From the NCBI RefSeq assembly GCF_004010195.1, contig NC_057720.1:23232515-23292060 (forward strand): DNA of 59,546 nucleotides, in the 5' to 3' direction. Below are positions 24,377 through 37,225 of this stretch, piece by piece; the first letter of the stretch is position 1, and every line of letters starts with the position of its first letter. Made by a program: the position numbers and the translations under genes. The notes below the pieces were generated by a model. It worked only from the letters and a program-made list of their open reading frames with translations, searched no databases and was not told the origin of the DNA. The DNA comes from Chiloscyllium plagiosum (lineage: Eukaryota).

Positions 24377-25650
24377 TTCAGTGATGGCAGTGACATGGCT
24401 AGATTCTCTCTTGTTGGAGGTGGTCATTCACCTGTTGTTTGTATGGCATGAATAATACTTGTTCATTTCAGCTAAAGCCTGACTCAGTTATCCAAGTTTT
24501 GCTGCATTTGAACATGAATTGCTTCAGTATCGTGTGGATGTGCTGAATGTTTTGCAATCATTTGCAAACATCCCTACTTCTGACTTTTTGTTGCAGGGGA
24601 GTTTATTGATGAAGCAACTAAAAGGTGGTTGATCCTAGGGCACGACTATGGGGAATTCCTGCAGAGTTGTCCTGAAGCTGAACTGACTGATCTCCAACAA
24701 ACATATTGCCATCTTTTTTTGTGCTAGTTATGGCTACTATGAGCAGAGATTTCTCCCGATTCCCATTGATTCTAGTTTTGTTCAGGCGCCTTGATGCCAC
24801 ACTTGATCAAAATGTACTCTTGATATACGGTACTGTCACTCTCACCTTCTCTCTGCACTTCATCTCTTTTATCCATGTTTGAATCAAAGCTGTAATAAGG
24901 TCAGGAGCTGAATGGTCCTGGAGGAACTTAAACTAAGCATCAGTGAGCATGTTATTGCTAAGTAACTGCTGCTTGATGGTGCTGTTGAAGATCCATTCCA
25001 GTTCTTTACTTATAATTTAGTGTAGACTGATGGGACAGTAATTGGCCCATCTGGATTTGTCCTATAAATGATATATCACGGAAGTTTGCCACATTCGGGT
25101 AAATTCTATTATTATAGCTGTACTAGAACAATTTGCCCCAGTGCAAGGCAAGTTCTGGAGCATGTTATTGCTATAATATTGTCAGTGTCCATGGTATTGG
25201 CAGTAACCAGTGTCTTCGGACATTTCGTGATGTCACGTGAAGTGAATCAAATTGGTTGAAGACTCCCATCTGTGATGCTGGGGTTCTCCAGAGGAGGCTG
25301 TGCCAGATCATTCACTTAGCAATTCTGACTGAATGTTGTTGCAAATACTTAGGCCTTATTTTTTCATTGATGACCTGGGCTTACCCATTATTGAGATACT
25401 ATTGAGTGTTTCCTCTTCCAGTGAGCTATTCAGATTTTCACCACCATTCATGACTGGCTGAGGCAGGACTGCAGAGTTTTGATTTGATCTGTTGGTTGTG
25501 GACTTACTCAGCCTTTTTCTAACCCTTGCTGCTTATGCTGCTTGCCATACAAGTAGTCCAATTTTGTAGTTTCACAAGATTGATACCTCATCTTTACGTA
25601 CGTCAGCTGATGCTCCTGATTTGCTCTTTCTGCACTCTTCATTGAACCTT
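24377..25650 (-). mobile_element. Old L2/CR1-clade LINE fragment
   Basis: Collinear with 56250-57030 (gaatcaaagctgtaataaggtcaggagctga etc.). Confidence 0.65.
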
Positions 25651-25996
25651 TGATAGTTGGTTATTTACCACCTTCATTCGCAAGTGGATGTGACCAGCCA
25701 GTCTTGTGTAGTAAGCACATGTTCACTGTCTAGGCATGTGAATAATGCTTGTTTAATACATGACAGTTGAGGGCTTCTGCCTTGCATTCCAACTGTTTCA
25801 GAAGAAAATATTTTCAAGAAAAATGGGAAAAATTAAGTAATAATTGGCTGGAAAAATAAAAATATCAGAAGAGTATAAGAGCAGAATCAATTGCCTGTTT
25901 TGCTATTTTAAAAGGTTAAATTTATACTATTTTGCTAAGTAATTTTATTTGAGTTAACTCCAAGAGTAGACTGTATTTCGAGAGATTAGCTTTGCT

Positions 25997-26090
25997 GTTC
26001 TGAAGAACGGTCTCTGTACCTGAAACATTAACTCTGCTTTCTCTGCACAGATCTGTGAGACTTGCTGAGTATTTCCAGCAATTTCTGATT
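25997..26090 (+). mobile_element. Short PLE-derived element (family C) beginning at a decayed hammerhead
   Basis: GTT-CTGAAGA-a-cggt-ctctgt-acct-GAAA-C-aT-T-AAC then tctgctttctctgcacagat..ctgagtatttccagc. Confidence 0.7.
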
Positions 26091-26390
26091 AGATTCATTT
26101 GGTATCATGATCTACTTCTCACAACTATCCAGTTTGAATTCTGTTTTCTATTTTGTTATTAACGTGATTTGATTATCTGATTAAACATTTTTTAATAATT
26201 TGATGTACTATAAGTTCTCAGTACAGTAGTTTTCAACAAATCACCCTGAAGGAATCTTTGAATAGTTTGTGGTGCTTTATCCACATAATAAAGCTCATCT
26301 TTTGTAGTAGAAGGTATCTTTTAAGTATGTGACTGTTTCAAAATAATCTGTACTGTTGTTCTCTGCTTAATAATGCCACTTATTTTATAG

Positions 26391-26501
26391 ACAACTCGAA
26401 GTGAGTTTGACTCCTGTGAGTATGAGGTTCGTAGACGTTACCAAGATTTCTTGTGGCTAAAGGACAAACTTGAAGAAGCTCATGCTACTTTAATTGTTCC
26501 T
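26391..26501 (+). CDS. SNX7: SNX7 coding exon (exon 3 equivalent), PX domain RRY motif
   Basis: ttttatAG|ACA...CCT|GTaagt; 111 bp; [37 protein letters not shown]. Confidence 0.97.
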
Positions 26502-27144
26502 GTAAGTGTAATATGTCTAGCAAATTGTATACTTGGTTATACTGGGATCTTACCAAAGTTTCCAAAAAGCATCTTTTATTTTTCACTGCATGCATGTGCA
26601 CTCAGTGTTACATTGTGACATTTTGTGGGAGGGAAGAAGATGATCCATTACATAAAAATAATCAAATCTCTGTTCAAGAGTTCAATTTCTTCAATTAACC
26701 CAATCTTAACAATCATGGCTTTGAACCCAAGGTTAAAGGTAAGCAATTAGATTCCAGAAGTTAGAGATCAGAGCCAAAAATATGGTATCGTTTCTGATTT
26801 GATTTATTCACAATAGTGCAGACTGTTTTTCTATAAATGGATTCTGTGGAGTAGGGGCACCTTAATAGATTGGTATCACTTCACTGTTGATGCTTGGAAA
26901 TAAACTTCTAACTTTGTGCACAAATTACATAATTACTTACCAGAAAAAAAAAGTGTCAAACCTAGTAAACTTCTCCCTCCTATGATGGAAATTGTCTAAT
27001 ATGTTTTCTAGCCGCGAACGTAATTTAAACTTGAGGCCTTCCCCTTCTCGATGGATAGCGATATGAGACGTCTATCATAATGCTAGAGGATTTAGCCCAA
27101 GTTTAGTCTTTTTGTATTATTCAGGCGATTTGGGCTTTGCTGAC

Positions 27145-27610
27145 TGTGATAGAGATGTACAGCAGGGAAACAGACCCTCAGTCCAACTTGTCCATGCCGA
27201 CCAGATATTCCAACCCAATCTAGTCACTCCTGCCAGCAACTGGCCCATATCCCTCCAAACCTTCCTATTCATATACCTATCCAAATGCCTTTTAAATGTT
27301 GCAATTGTACCAGCCTCCACCACATCCTCTGGCAGCTCATTCCATACACGTGCCACCCTCTCCATGGAAAAGTTGCCCCGTAGGTCTCTTTTAGATCTTT
27401 CCCCCCTCACCCAAAATCTGTGCCCTCTCTAGTTCTGGACTCCCCAACCCCAGGGAAAAGACTTTGTCTATTTATCTTATCCATGCCCCTCAGGTTTTAT
27501 AAACCTCTGTAAGGTCACTCCTCAGCCTCTGATGCTCCAGGGAAAACAGCCCTTGAGTATTCAACCTCTCTCTTTAACTCAAATCCTCCAACCTTGGCAA
27601 CATCCTTGTA
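27145..27610 (-). mobile_element. Young CR1 3' fragment
   Basis: RGERSKRDLRGNF..VWNELPEDVVEAGTIATFKRHLD. Confidence 0.92.
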
Positions 27611-29526
27611 ATGTAGTGGTGAGCTGCCTCCTTGTAACACTGCAGTCTATTTGGTCTGGGTGTAACCACAATGTTTTGTAGGGAAGGAGTTCTGGAATCT
27701 TAATCAAGAAACAGTAAAGGACCAGCAATATAGTTCCACATTAGGATGGTGAATAGCTTGAAGAGGAAATTGCAGAAGGTGTTTCCTTGTATCTGCTCCC
27801 ATTGTCTTGTCTTGTGTTGTGCTACTGTTTTTTATTTCATAGTTAGTCCAGCTAATCTTAGTCACCTTGTCTGAAGATCATAAGGTGGAGTACAACCAAA
27901 ACACTCAACATCAGGAAATACAGATTAACAAAAGATTAACAAGAAAACTGTAACAGAGGTGGTTGGTTATGTTTAAACAAGTAGAAAACACGCAAATAGA
28001 ATAACAGAGGTAAAGTCATTGATGGAAAAAATGGTCGAGTAGCATGAGCAGAGATTAGCCCTCAAACCCTTAACTGACTGTTGTGCTTTGGAGAGCTTGA
28101 AGTTGGTCACCTGAGCCACAACAGTGTTCACGTGGCTGATCAGCTTGATTTGTTCCATACATCAGCTGTGTTGGCTTGTTAAATCTAGAAAGTTTCTGTA
28201 ATCTCATGGGAAAAGTTCTGTGATTTTATTTTTCTTCTGCTATTGTTTCTAGGCTGCACTCCCTCGATCGAACAAAACTCCAGAATATTTGTTTAACCTG
28301 GCTGCACAAGATTTTTGAGTGGGTTTTTAATGTCCTGATTAAATTAGCGCTGTTGTTTCTGCAGCGTGAGTGAGCACTGAATGATTCAAATCACCTCATG
28401 GAGAACAAATCAACAACTGAATCTCCAACTCCTGTTCTATAATCCAGTTATCCATTGAGTTTTCAGGGTGTGTAGTTGTAAAACTTTATACTTCCAATGT
28501 ATAGCAGCTACTGAACATATAGATTTTTAAAGAACAGAACCTGTATACATAATCCTTTACAGGCCTTTAATAAAATTTTTGCTGTCCAAGATGTATTTTT
28601 GCATGTTTATTTATTTCCATTTTCATGACATTGAAACCTTTGTGATACTTGAATGCAAGCAGGAATCTGAAGTGGAAAGCAATCACTTATTGCCAGCTTA
28701 GTAGCCCAGTTGTCATCAATGGATGTTCTCAGCAGGTTTGTTTATGAAGTGTGCCTAGCATGTTTGTGTGGAACATGAGTTTTATTTATGCTATGGTTTA
28801 TTTACTACTTGTGTGCAGTTCATGTGCGTTTTTGTTCTTACTGTGTTTGAAACTACAGAGAAAATCTAATGATAGCATAACATCACAGACCTTATTTTTC
28901 AACTAAGTTAAATGTATCTTTGCAATTTTGATGCTTGCAAGCAAACAAAATAACTTTGATTGTTCTTGGAATATTTTGTTTATTTCATGGGCATGATTGC
29001 TATAAGAACAAGCTTGCCAATATAACAAGTACACTTTCTAATAATTTGTTATTTTTTGAGTTTTCTCCATAATTTGCGTTCCCCATCTTCAACCTCTCAA
29101 AGGCACAACGTTGTCTTGAATATGATTTTGTGCATCAAATTGGTTATCATTCAAGTGAGCCATGTCAATAATTGTCAATGTGCCTTTGGTATTGATTAGA
29201 TTTCAAACCACAGAAAATACAAGCTTGAACAAATTAATCAAACCTACCCCTTGCTATTTTTGAATGGTATTACAGGAATTCTTTTGTACAGTATTTTAGC
29301 TAAAAATTCCAGTCATTCCCATAAATTCAATGCATTTGGAGTTCAGATGCATTTTGGAGTTGATTTTATATAGAAACTCTAAGATACGTTTTCTCATTTA
29401 TTTTAGCAGTCTTATTTTGAAATAAATTGTCAAAATAAAACTGCAGTGGTGCGATAATTCACTGTGGATGAATATTCCATAATTATGTGAATGTAAAAAT
29501 ATTTTTATCTTTCTCTTTTTCCTTAG

Positions 29527-29691
29527 CCATTGCCAGAGAAATTTGTAATGAGAGGTATGGTGGAACGCTTCAATGAAGATTTCGTAGCAACGCGACAGAA
29601 GGCACTACATAAATTTTTAAACAGAATTGCTGACCACCCCACTCTGTCTTTTAGTGAAAATTTCAAAATATTTCTAACAGTACAGGTATGG
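29527..29691 (+). CDS. SNX7: SNX7 coding exon (exon 4 equivalent), end of PX domain
   Basis: ttcctt[60 protein letters not shown]; 165 bp to TGG|GTtaac. An alternative in-frame donor CAG|GTatgg would end it at 29685. Confidence 0.93.
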
Positions 29692-29704
29692 GTTAACTCT
29701 ATTC

Positions 29705-31155
29705 CTCTCTATCTATTAATTTGCAAAAGTTCCTTAGGTTAGTGTCCTAGGTCCAGTCATTTTCAGCTGCTCCATCAACGGCCTTCTGTCCACATAAAGT
29801 CAGAAGTGGGGATGTTCACTGATGATTGCACAGTGTTCAGCATCATTTGCAACCCTTCAGATGGTGAAGCAGTCTGTGTGCAGCAAGATCTGGGCAATAT
29901 TCAAGTTTGTGCTGAAAAGTGACATGTAAGATTCATGCTATACAAATGTCAGGCAATGAACACCTCCAGTAAGAGACAAACTAACCATTGCCCCATGGTA
30001 TTTAATGGTTTCACTATCACTGAACCCACAATTGTCAACATCCTGGGGGTTACCATTGACCAGAAACTCAGCTGGACTTGCCATATAAATACAGTGACTA
30101 CAACAGTAGGTCAGAGACTAGGAATACCTCAGTGAGTAACTCTTGACTCTCCAGAATCTGTCTGCCATCTACAAGGAACAAGTCAGGAGTGTTGGGGAGT
30201 ACTCCCCAGTTGCCCAGATGAGTACAGCCCCAACAACAGTTCGGACTTGATACCATTCAGGATACAACAGCCTGCTTGGTAAACACCAGAACCACAAACA
30301 TGCACTCCGTGAGTTTTGAAAGGATTTGTAGCTCAGGTTGAGGTTCTGGATGTAAGTTTGCTCACTGAGCTGGAAGGTTCACTTTCAGACGTTTTGTCAT
30401 CATAATAGATAATATCATCAGTGAGCCTCCAGTGAAGCACTGGTGTAAGTAACCTGCTTTATATTTGTGTTTAGATTTCCTTGGTTTGGTGGTGTCATTT
30501 CCTGTTCTTTTTCTCAGAGGGTGGTAAATGGGGTCCAAGTCAATGTGTTTGTTGATGAGGTTCCGGTTGGAAAGCCATGCTTCTAGGAATTCTTGTGTGT
30601 GTCTTGTTTGGCTTGTCCTAGAATGGATGTGTTGTCCCAGTCAAAATGGTGCCCTTCCTCATCTCTATATAAGGATACTAATGGGAGTGAGTCATGTCTT
30701 TTTGTGGCTAGTTGATGTTCATGTATCCTGTTACCTAGTTTTCTGCCTGCTTGTCCAATGTAGTGCTTGTTACAGTTCTTGCAAGGTATTTTGTAAATGA
30801 CAGTAATTTTGCTTCTTGTCTGTATAGAGTCTTCTAAAATCATTAGCTGCTGTTTTAATGTATTGGTGGGTTTGTGCCTAGAAAACCAGCGCACATCCAT
30901 CTAATGGAGCAAGGGCAGCAGATACATGGGAACATCACCACTTGCAAGTACCCTCTAAACCACTTTTGGAAATGTTTCACTGCTCTTTCAATATCACTGG
31001 GTCAAAATTCCAGAATTCACTCCGAAATGGCATTGAAGGTGTACCTTCAGCAGGTGGACCACAGCTGTTCAAGAAGGCAATCACCATCACCTAATGGCAA
31101 CTAGGAATGGACAATAAATGCTGGCCCAGGCGGTGCCCATGCCCCACAAGTGAAC
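29705..31155 (+). mobile_element. L2/CR1-clade LINE 3' fragment interrupted by a Penelope insertion
   Basis: ttcactgatgattgcacagtgttc (FADDCT-like), ILGVTIDQKLSWTCHINTV; tail ggaatggacaataaatgctggccc. Confidence 0.75.
30310..30880 (-). mobile_element. Penelope-like element 3' fragment (GIY-YIG plus pLTR)
   Basis: HKPTNTLKQQLM..VIYKIPCKNCNKHYIGQAGRKLGNRIHEH; decayed hammerhead at 30385-30424 (G12->A). Confidence 0.92.
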
Positions 31156-31180
31156 AGATTTTTAAAAGTACAGAATTGTG

Positions 31181-32192
31181 CAGGGAGGCCTGTGACCAGT
31201 GGAGTGCCACAAGGATCAGTGCTGGGTCCTCTACTTTTTGTCATTTACATAAATGATTTGGATGCGAGCATAAGAGGTACAGTTAGTAATTTTGCAGATG
31301 ACACCAAAATTGGAAGTGTAGTGGACAGCGAAGAGGGTTACCTCAGATTACAACAGGATCTTGACCAGATGGGCCAATGGGCTGAGAAGTGGCAGGTGGA
31401 GTTTAATTTAGATAAATGCGAGGTGCTGCATTTTGGGAAAGCAAATCTTAGCAGGACTTATACACTTAATGGTAAGGTCCAAGGGAGCGTTGCTGAACAA
31501 AGAGACCTTGGAGTGCAGGTTCATAGCTCCTTGAAAGTGGAGTTGCAGGTAGACAGGATAGTGAAGAAGGCGTTTGGTATGCTTTGCTTTATTGGTCAGA
31601 GTATTGAGTGCAGGAGTTGGGAGGTCATGTTGCGGCTGTACAGGACGTTGGTTAGGCCACTGTTGGAATATTGCGTGCAATTCTGGTCTCCTTCCTATCG
31701 GAAAGATGCTGTGAAACTTGAAAGGGTTCAGAAAAGATTTACAAGAATGTTGCCAGGGTTGGAGGATTTGAGATATAGAGAGAGGCTGAACAGGCTGGGG
31801 CTGTTTTCTCTCGAGCGTCGGAGGGAAAACACCTTATAAATGTTTACAAAATTATGAGGGGCACGGATAGGATAAATAGGCAAAGTCTTTTTCCTGGGGT
31901 CGGGGAGTCCAGAACTACAGGGCATAGGTTTAGGGTGAGAGGGGAAAGATATAAAAGAGACCTAAGGGGCAACTTTTTCATGCAGAGGGTGGTACGTGTA
32001 TGGAATGAACTGCCAGAGGATGTGGTGGAAGCTGGTACAATTGCAACATTTAAGAAGCATTTGGATGGGTATATGACTAGGAAGGGTTTGGAGGGATATG
32101 GACCGGGTGCTGGCAGGTGGGACTAGATTGGGTTAGGTTATCTGGTCAGCATGGACCGAAGGTTCTGTTTCCATGCTGTACATCTCTGACTC
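31181..32192 (+). mobile_element. Young 5'-truncated CR1 LINE (RT C-terminal part and 3' UTR)
   Basis: VTSGVPQGSVLGPLLFVIYINDLD..FADDTKIG..YCVQFWSP; WNELPEDVVEAG. Confidence 0.95.
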
Positions 32193-33242
32193 GATACGTG
32201 CTTTAAAACATTGCCTAATAAAATATATATATATCTTGTGTTTTCAGTATAAACAATATTTGAATTGATATTTCTCAAGGGTAGTTGTTTTCAGAATAAT
32301 TAATCTGTTTGGATTTCATTATATCATTGGGGTAGGTTTTCCTCTGGACATACCATTGTTATGTGGGTGTAGATCAGGATCCCTCAGAATACTCCTTGTA
32401 ACACTGAAGGGATTGCCTGGGAATCTGAATTTTATGCTGGGCAGTTTCACTACGCCTGGAAACATACAAAAATCTTCATTGAATCAAAGACTCAAGCCGA
32501 TTTTGATGAAATTAAGTAAAATTATTTAGTCAATAAAAGTTGACTATTAAATGCATACTTACTCAGGAGTCAGACTATTAAAATGACTTAACCACTTACC
32601 TCGCTGGCATGCCCCAGACCCTGACCCAACATCGCCTTCTGAATGAGGCTAGGACTAACTACCATATGAAACTTTTGTAGTAACGTCCTGTAGATGAGAT
32701 GATTAGCTTCCAACAACCACAACCATCTTCCATTCCAAGTAACACATGAAACTTCAGCGGTGTGAGGAACAGTATATAAAATTCGAGTGAGGGATGATGG
32801 TTTTTGAAATGCAAAGCACTAATAAAGAGCTTCAGATATTTAGGAATTTAAAATTGATTCACAAGCCACTTAGAGGTGAAAATACATGTTTTTGTTTAAT
32901 TTATGTTAAATGATCCACGATTATTAAATCTAAGTGTAATGCAGTTTTCTGGAACTTGTTTTGAAAACAAAGATTTCTCTGTCCTATTTTGAATGCTTAA
33001 TGAAAGGAATATGAACATGTGGTCGAATACTTATTGTGCACCAATAAATTTCAATTTTTTGATGAGATTACAGATCTTTTTCACACCTATCACAACTAGC
33101 TCAGATTCTGGAAATGAAGTACTCATAATGTACTTGCGTCTGACTTTTCTCATCCTCTACTCAAAATTAAACTCTGATTTGCACCCTGAACTCATTGAGT
33201 TTAGCAAAAGTGCAATGAAAATGTGCAGTGTAGATCCCAGGT

Positions 33243-33375
33243 AAAGTAGCCATAGTCCCAGAAGACTAGGGCTGCGCTGTCATTAGATAAGACTGGTGGT
33301 AAATTTAATTTGAGGGTCATAATGCTTTTAGGGGAGGTGCAAGGTTGAAAAGTGAGACCTTAATGATAACCAATC
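33243..33375 (-). mobile_element. SINE fragment (same family as 41075-41312)
   Basis: aaagtagccatagtcccaga..gagggtca..aggttgaaa is the reverse complement of 41190-41305. Confidence 0.55.
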
Positions 33376-34439
33376 CTAGCACTCTTGGAAAAGACATGTA
33401 AATCGTGACTCCAAGCATAATGTTCAAATCATACGGATAGAAGACCTCTAATCCAAACCTTCATTCTCTCAACCAAATGGTGATACTGAAAGCAATAGAA
33501 GAATATGGTGATATCTGCAAGACAACCAATGTAGTTCTATTCTGAATGTTTTACTTGGTATGGCATGTCCAGTGAAAGATGTGCACCTCACCCTTTATTT
33601 TCACCTTGGCCTATTTGCAGGTCAAAATATATATATATACATGCTAATCTTGCCTTATTATAGTGGTGTATAGATTGAAAATCCATGAAGTATACATTGT
33701 AAGAGGTTATGATTTCTAGTAAATAGGAACCTGCAATTCCACTCTGTGGTTGTGACCATCATTTTGGATGTTCCTAAACTATTATCACCATTTAGTCCAG
33801 AAAGTAATTGACTAAATCCTACTACAAGTTTATTTTTAAGAAATGTTTCTGCAATCATGCCAAGATGCATCAAACTGCTCCCAGGAAACCAAAAGGCAAT
33901 TTTATGAGACATGCGTTAATAAAAGCATTGGGACAATGGCATGATCTAGTTTGATATACTTCATAAGAATGTTAATAAAAGCTATGCAGTAGCTTACTTT
34001 GTTCTGAAATTCCATGATTCAGAGACTGTTGCCTTAGCATTACAAGTTTATATGAATAATAGGATTTTACAGTTCAGAAAGAGGCTCTTTTGCTCTAAAA
34101 GACTGGGCTAAATATACACAGTCTCTCAGATCTTGCTCCATAAGCTTTAAGTTTTTCTTTTTGAATATTTATTCAATTCTGTCTGATTAACATAGTTAAG
34201 AATTCTGCTTTACCTATTTCTGGAACATTCTGTATACTACGTTGAACTTTCCTGTCAATCTTTTGATGATTTTCATTTTATACCTCCTAGATACTGAACT
34301 AATTACCAATAAAAATAGATTTTCCTGGACCATAATATAAATTTTGAACACCTGTACCAGATAACCATACAACTATCTTTGTTCTAAAGAAAGTAGCCCA
34401 GTTTTGATAGCCTCTCCTCAGACACTTGGACAACATCTG

Positions 34440-35085
34440 AGTTTAGTTATTTCTTCTGAATGGTTTATTGTCACTTGTACTCCACAGTGGAAACTTCAAC
34501 TGCTGCCACAATCCTGTACCATTTTGAGTAGTTTAAGAATAAAAAGGAGGAGCTGAAATGGAGTCCATTTTTGTTCCAACACCTCCGCCATGAGCCCTGA
34601 ACCCCGAACCAGTTGATCAATGACACTTGTGCCGCCACCCCTACCTGCCTGTGCTGGACCCACCAAAGTCAGAGTCCCCCCTCTTCAGGCACCATCTGGG
34701 CCCACCTTAGCAGGCTACTGATGCCAGTTCCCTTACTGGACCCACACTCTCCCTGCATCAGGAAGCTCCGGTTCCACTATACTGTCGTCACCTCACTGAT
34801 AACCAGGAGTCCCCACTCTGGGCCGACCGCAATCAGGAGTTTTTGGCTGCGTTGCCACTGCTGCCTCATCAAGTCTTGGAGTCCCTACTCGGGGCATACC
34901 AAACTGCCGCTGCCTTGCTGATACCTGGAGTCCTCCCTCTGACTGTTGACCTTCACGATGTCACCTTCTCTGCCGCTGCTAACAGAAAGATGATGAAGAA
35001 ACAGAAATGAAGAAAAGCGTCCGATCTGGAGCAAATGGGCTCAGGAGGCCGAATGCTGCCTACTTTGCCAGCGCCACCTTCTTGA
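34440..35085 (-). mobile_element. GC-rich non-autonomous retroposon-like insert within an old CR1
   Basis: Minus strand begins aagaaggtggcgctg, ends gtgacaataaaccattc; internal degenerate repeats; CR1-like flanks 34070-35360. Confidence 0.45.
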
Positions 35086-35850
35086 AGCATCTTCTGTATG
35101 CTCTTTGACTTGAAATACCTTTCCTAAAGTGACATGCCCAAAACTTCAGTCTAATTGGCAGTCTGTAAAACAACATTTCTCTTTTTTTCCCCTATAGTTT
35201 TATCAATATTCTTCCACTTGCAATAATTTATCTTGAGTCCAAGGTCTTTGATCCTCGACTCATATCAAAACTTTATCACTTAATGCATATAACCTCTTCT
35301 ATAGACTTTTTCCTAAAATCTATCACCAAGCATGCCTCCATCTAAAAATTTAATTGGCACGCTGTGGCCCCAGTACTAAAGTCAAGAGTGTCAGTGTGTT
35401 TTGGTATTCTGAAAGTACTTTAGGGGGATTTAGGTCCTGTGATTCTTTTTTTTTGTCAGCTGTGATCTAATATAATTAACTATGTTTTGTAACTGTTGAT
35501 CATATGTCCAGTGGTGTGGTAATCCAAGAAAAGGCATAGCTCTAACATTAGAAGGAGGTCATATATTGGTACTGACCTGAATCATTTCTTCGCACAGGAT
35601 TCTTCCAAAAAATCTGTTGCAGTTAGGTAATTTGAAAATTGGTAGGTTTTTGTTCAGTAAAAGTACTTTGGACATAAGGTAGACAGGTGAAAATACAGAC
35701 TGGCCATAATCTAATTGAATGGTTTAAAACGGCGAAAGAGTGTCTGCTATTCATATGTCTTTATCTCATCCATTCCTTCTCGAATTTCTCATATGTCACA
35801 TATCATTATTTTCCCTTCTGGGTTATTCACTTTTGCTTGCTTTAATGTAG

Positions 35851-36049
35851 GATTTAGCATCTCACAAGAAACTTGGTCCAGGATTCATCAGTAAAATGGG
35901 AGAAACAGTCAAGGCTGTTGCTAACACGGTCAGAACTATTAAGAATCGACCAGATGAATTCACAGCAAAGAGTGACTATGTGGATGTTTTCCGTCAGAAA
36001 ATGGGAACTTTGGATAAAATAAGCCAAAGAATTTTAAAGGAGCTGAAAG
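35851..36049 (+). CDS. SNX7: SNX7 coding exon (exon 5 equivalent), amphipathic linker and start of BAR domain
   Basis: taatgtAG|GAT...AAAG|GTtggt; 199 bp, phase 0/1; DLASHKKLGPGFISKMGETVKAVANTVRTIKNRPDEF...DKISQRILKELK. Confidence 0.96.
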
Positions 36050-37025
36050 GTTGGTACTCCATTTTCTATTGCAGGTGGTCATGAGTCGTAGAAATCAGTC
36101 TCTATCCCCCATTCATACCCAGGGGTATGCGGACAGATGTGTATTTGCAAAGGTATACAAATCGGCTCTACTTTGGGTCACTTCCCCCCCCTCCTCTCCC
36201 CTTCACATATACCAATCAGTGTGTCTTATCACATTTTTAGTATAGCTACTGCCTGCAGTTAACCTTTGGATGAGGAGACTGTGTCTCATAGGCAGACAGG
36301 AAAAGAAATGTAGCAAAGTTTATAGTCAATGCATGCTTTTCCTGGTCAGGTACATAGATTTCTGGTTTTTCCAGCACTGAGGTAGTCACTGGATTACATT
36401 GTTGACCTCTGGATCGATCAAGTTAGTGCACAAGTATTCCAGGCCTGCTTGGCACCTTGCTGGTAAATATGTCTTCTAATTTTAGCGTGCAGTACTTGGA
36501 AAGCAGAACACAATTTTATTACTGCTTTAAAATGTTTTGTCACATTTATGTCTCTGGTACCCATTTTTATATCAGATTCATTCTGTTGTGGTTAGGCATT
36601 GTAACATTTATCTGACGTTCTGAATGCCAGACTGTCTTAGTCCCAAGCCTTCTGGATTCAAGAGGTTACAGTGTGTCATCCTGTTCCTGGTTGAAACCCA
36701 ATCCTCTCCCCCTCTCCTCTCTCCCTCTGGCTCTCATCTCTTTTCTCCCCCCCCACAAAAAAAGTGCACACACGTAGATACAGCACAAACAATGTTCTGA
36801 TAATTTTATTTGTAAAACTGCAGCAGCATCTTCCACAGCTACCACAATATTGTTTCCCATTTTTAAGTTCACAGTTCTTAAAATAAGAGTTGCCTTGAAA
36901 TCTGTCCAAATAGGTAGCATGTTTTGGATAAGTGCATTTCAGTTCTTGATTGTGATTCTTTGATTGTGATGTTTTGAGGTTGATGAGAAGGAAAGGATCA
37001 ACTATATTTTTTTTTGCTTATAAAG

Positions 37026-37225
37026 AGCACTTGACTGAGATGAAGGAATACGGTCCCATTTATACTCTATGGTCAGAATCTGAACAGGATTTGGCTGAAC
37101 CTTTGAAAGGAGTAGCTAGTTCTATTGAAAACTGCTGCAAGGCTATTGAAGGACTTACAATAGGCCTCTCGGAGGATTTGCTTCCTGCTTTGCATGAATA
37201 TGTTCTATGTGCAGAAACTCTGAAG
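37026..37225 (+). CDS. SNX7: SNX7 coding exon (exon 6 equivalent), BAR domain
   Basis: ttataaAG|AG CAC...AAG|GTaggt; 200 bp, phase 1/0; EHLTEMKEYGPIYTLWSESEQDLAEPLKGVASSIENCCKA...LHEYVLCAETLK. Confidence 0.96.

Noticed and set aside
31150..31839. 229-aa ORF (and the 279-aa ORF at 43961-44800) as host genes
   Set aside because: Both are truncated CR1 reverse transcriptase fragments.
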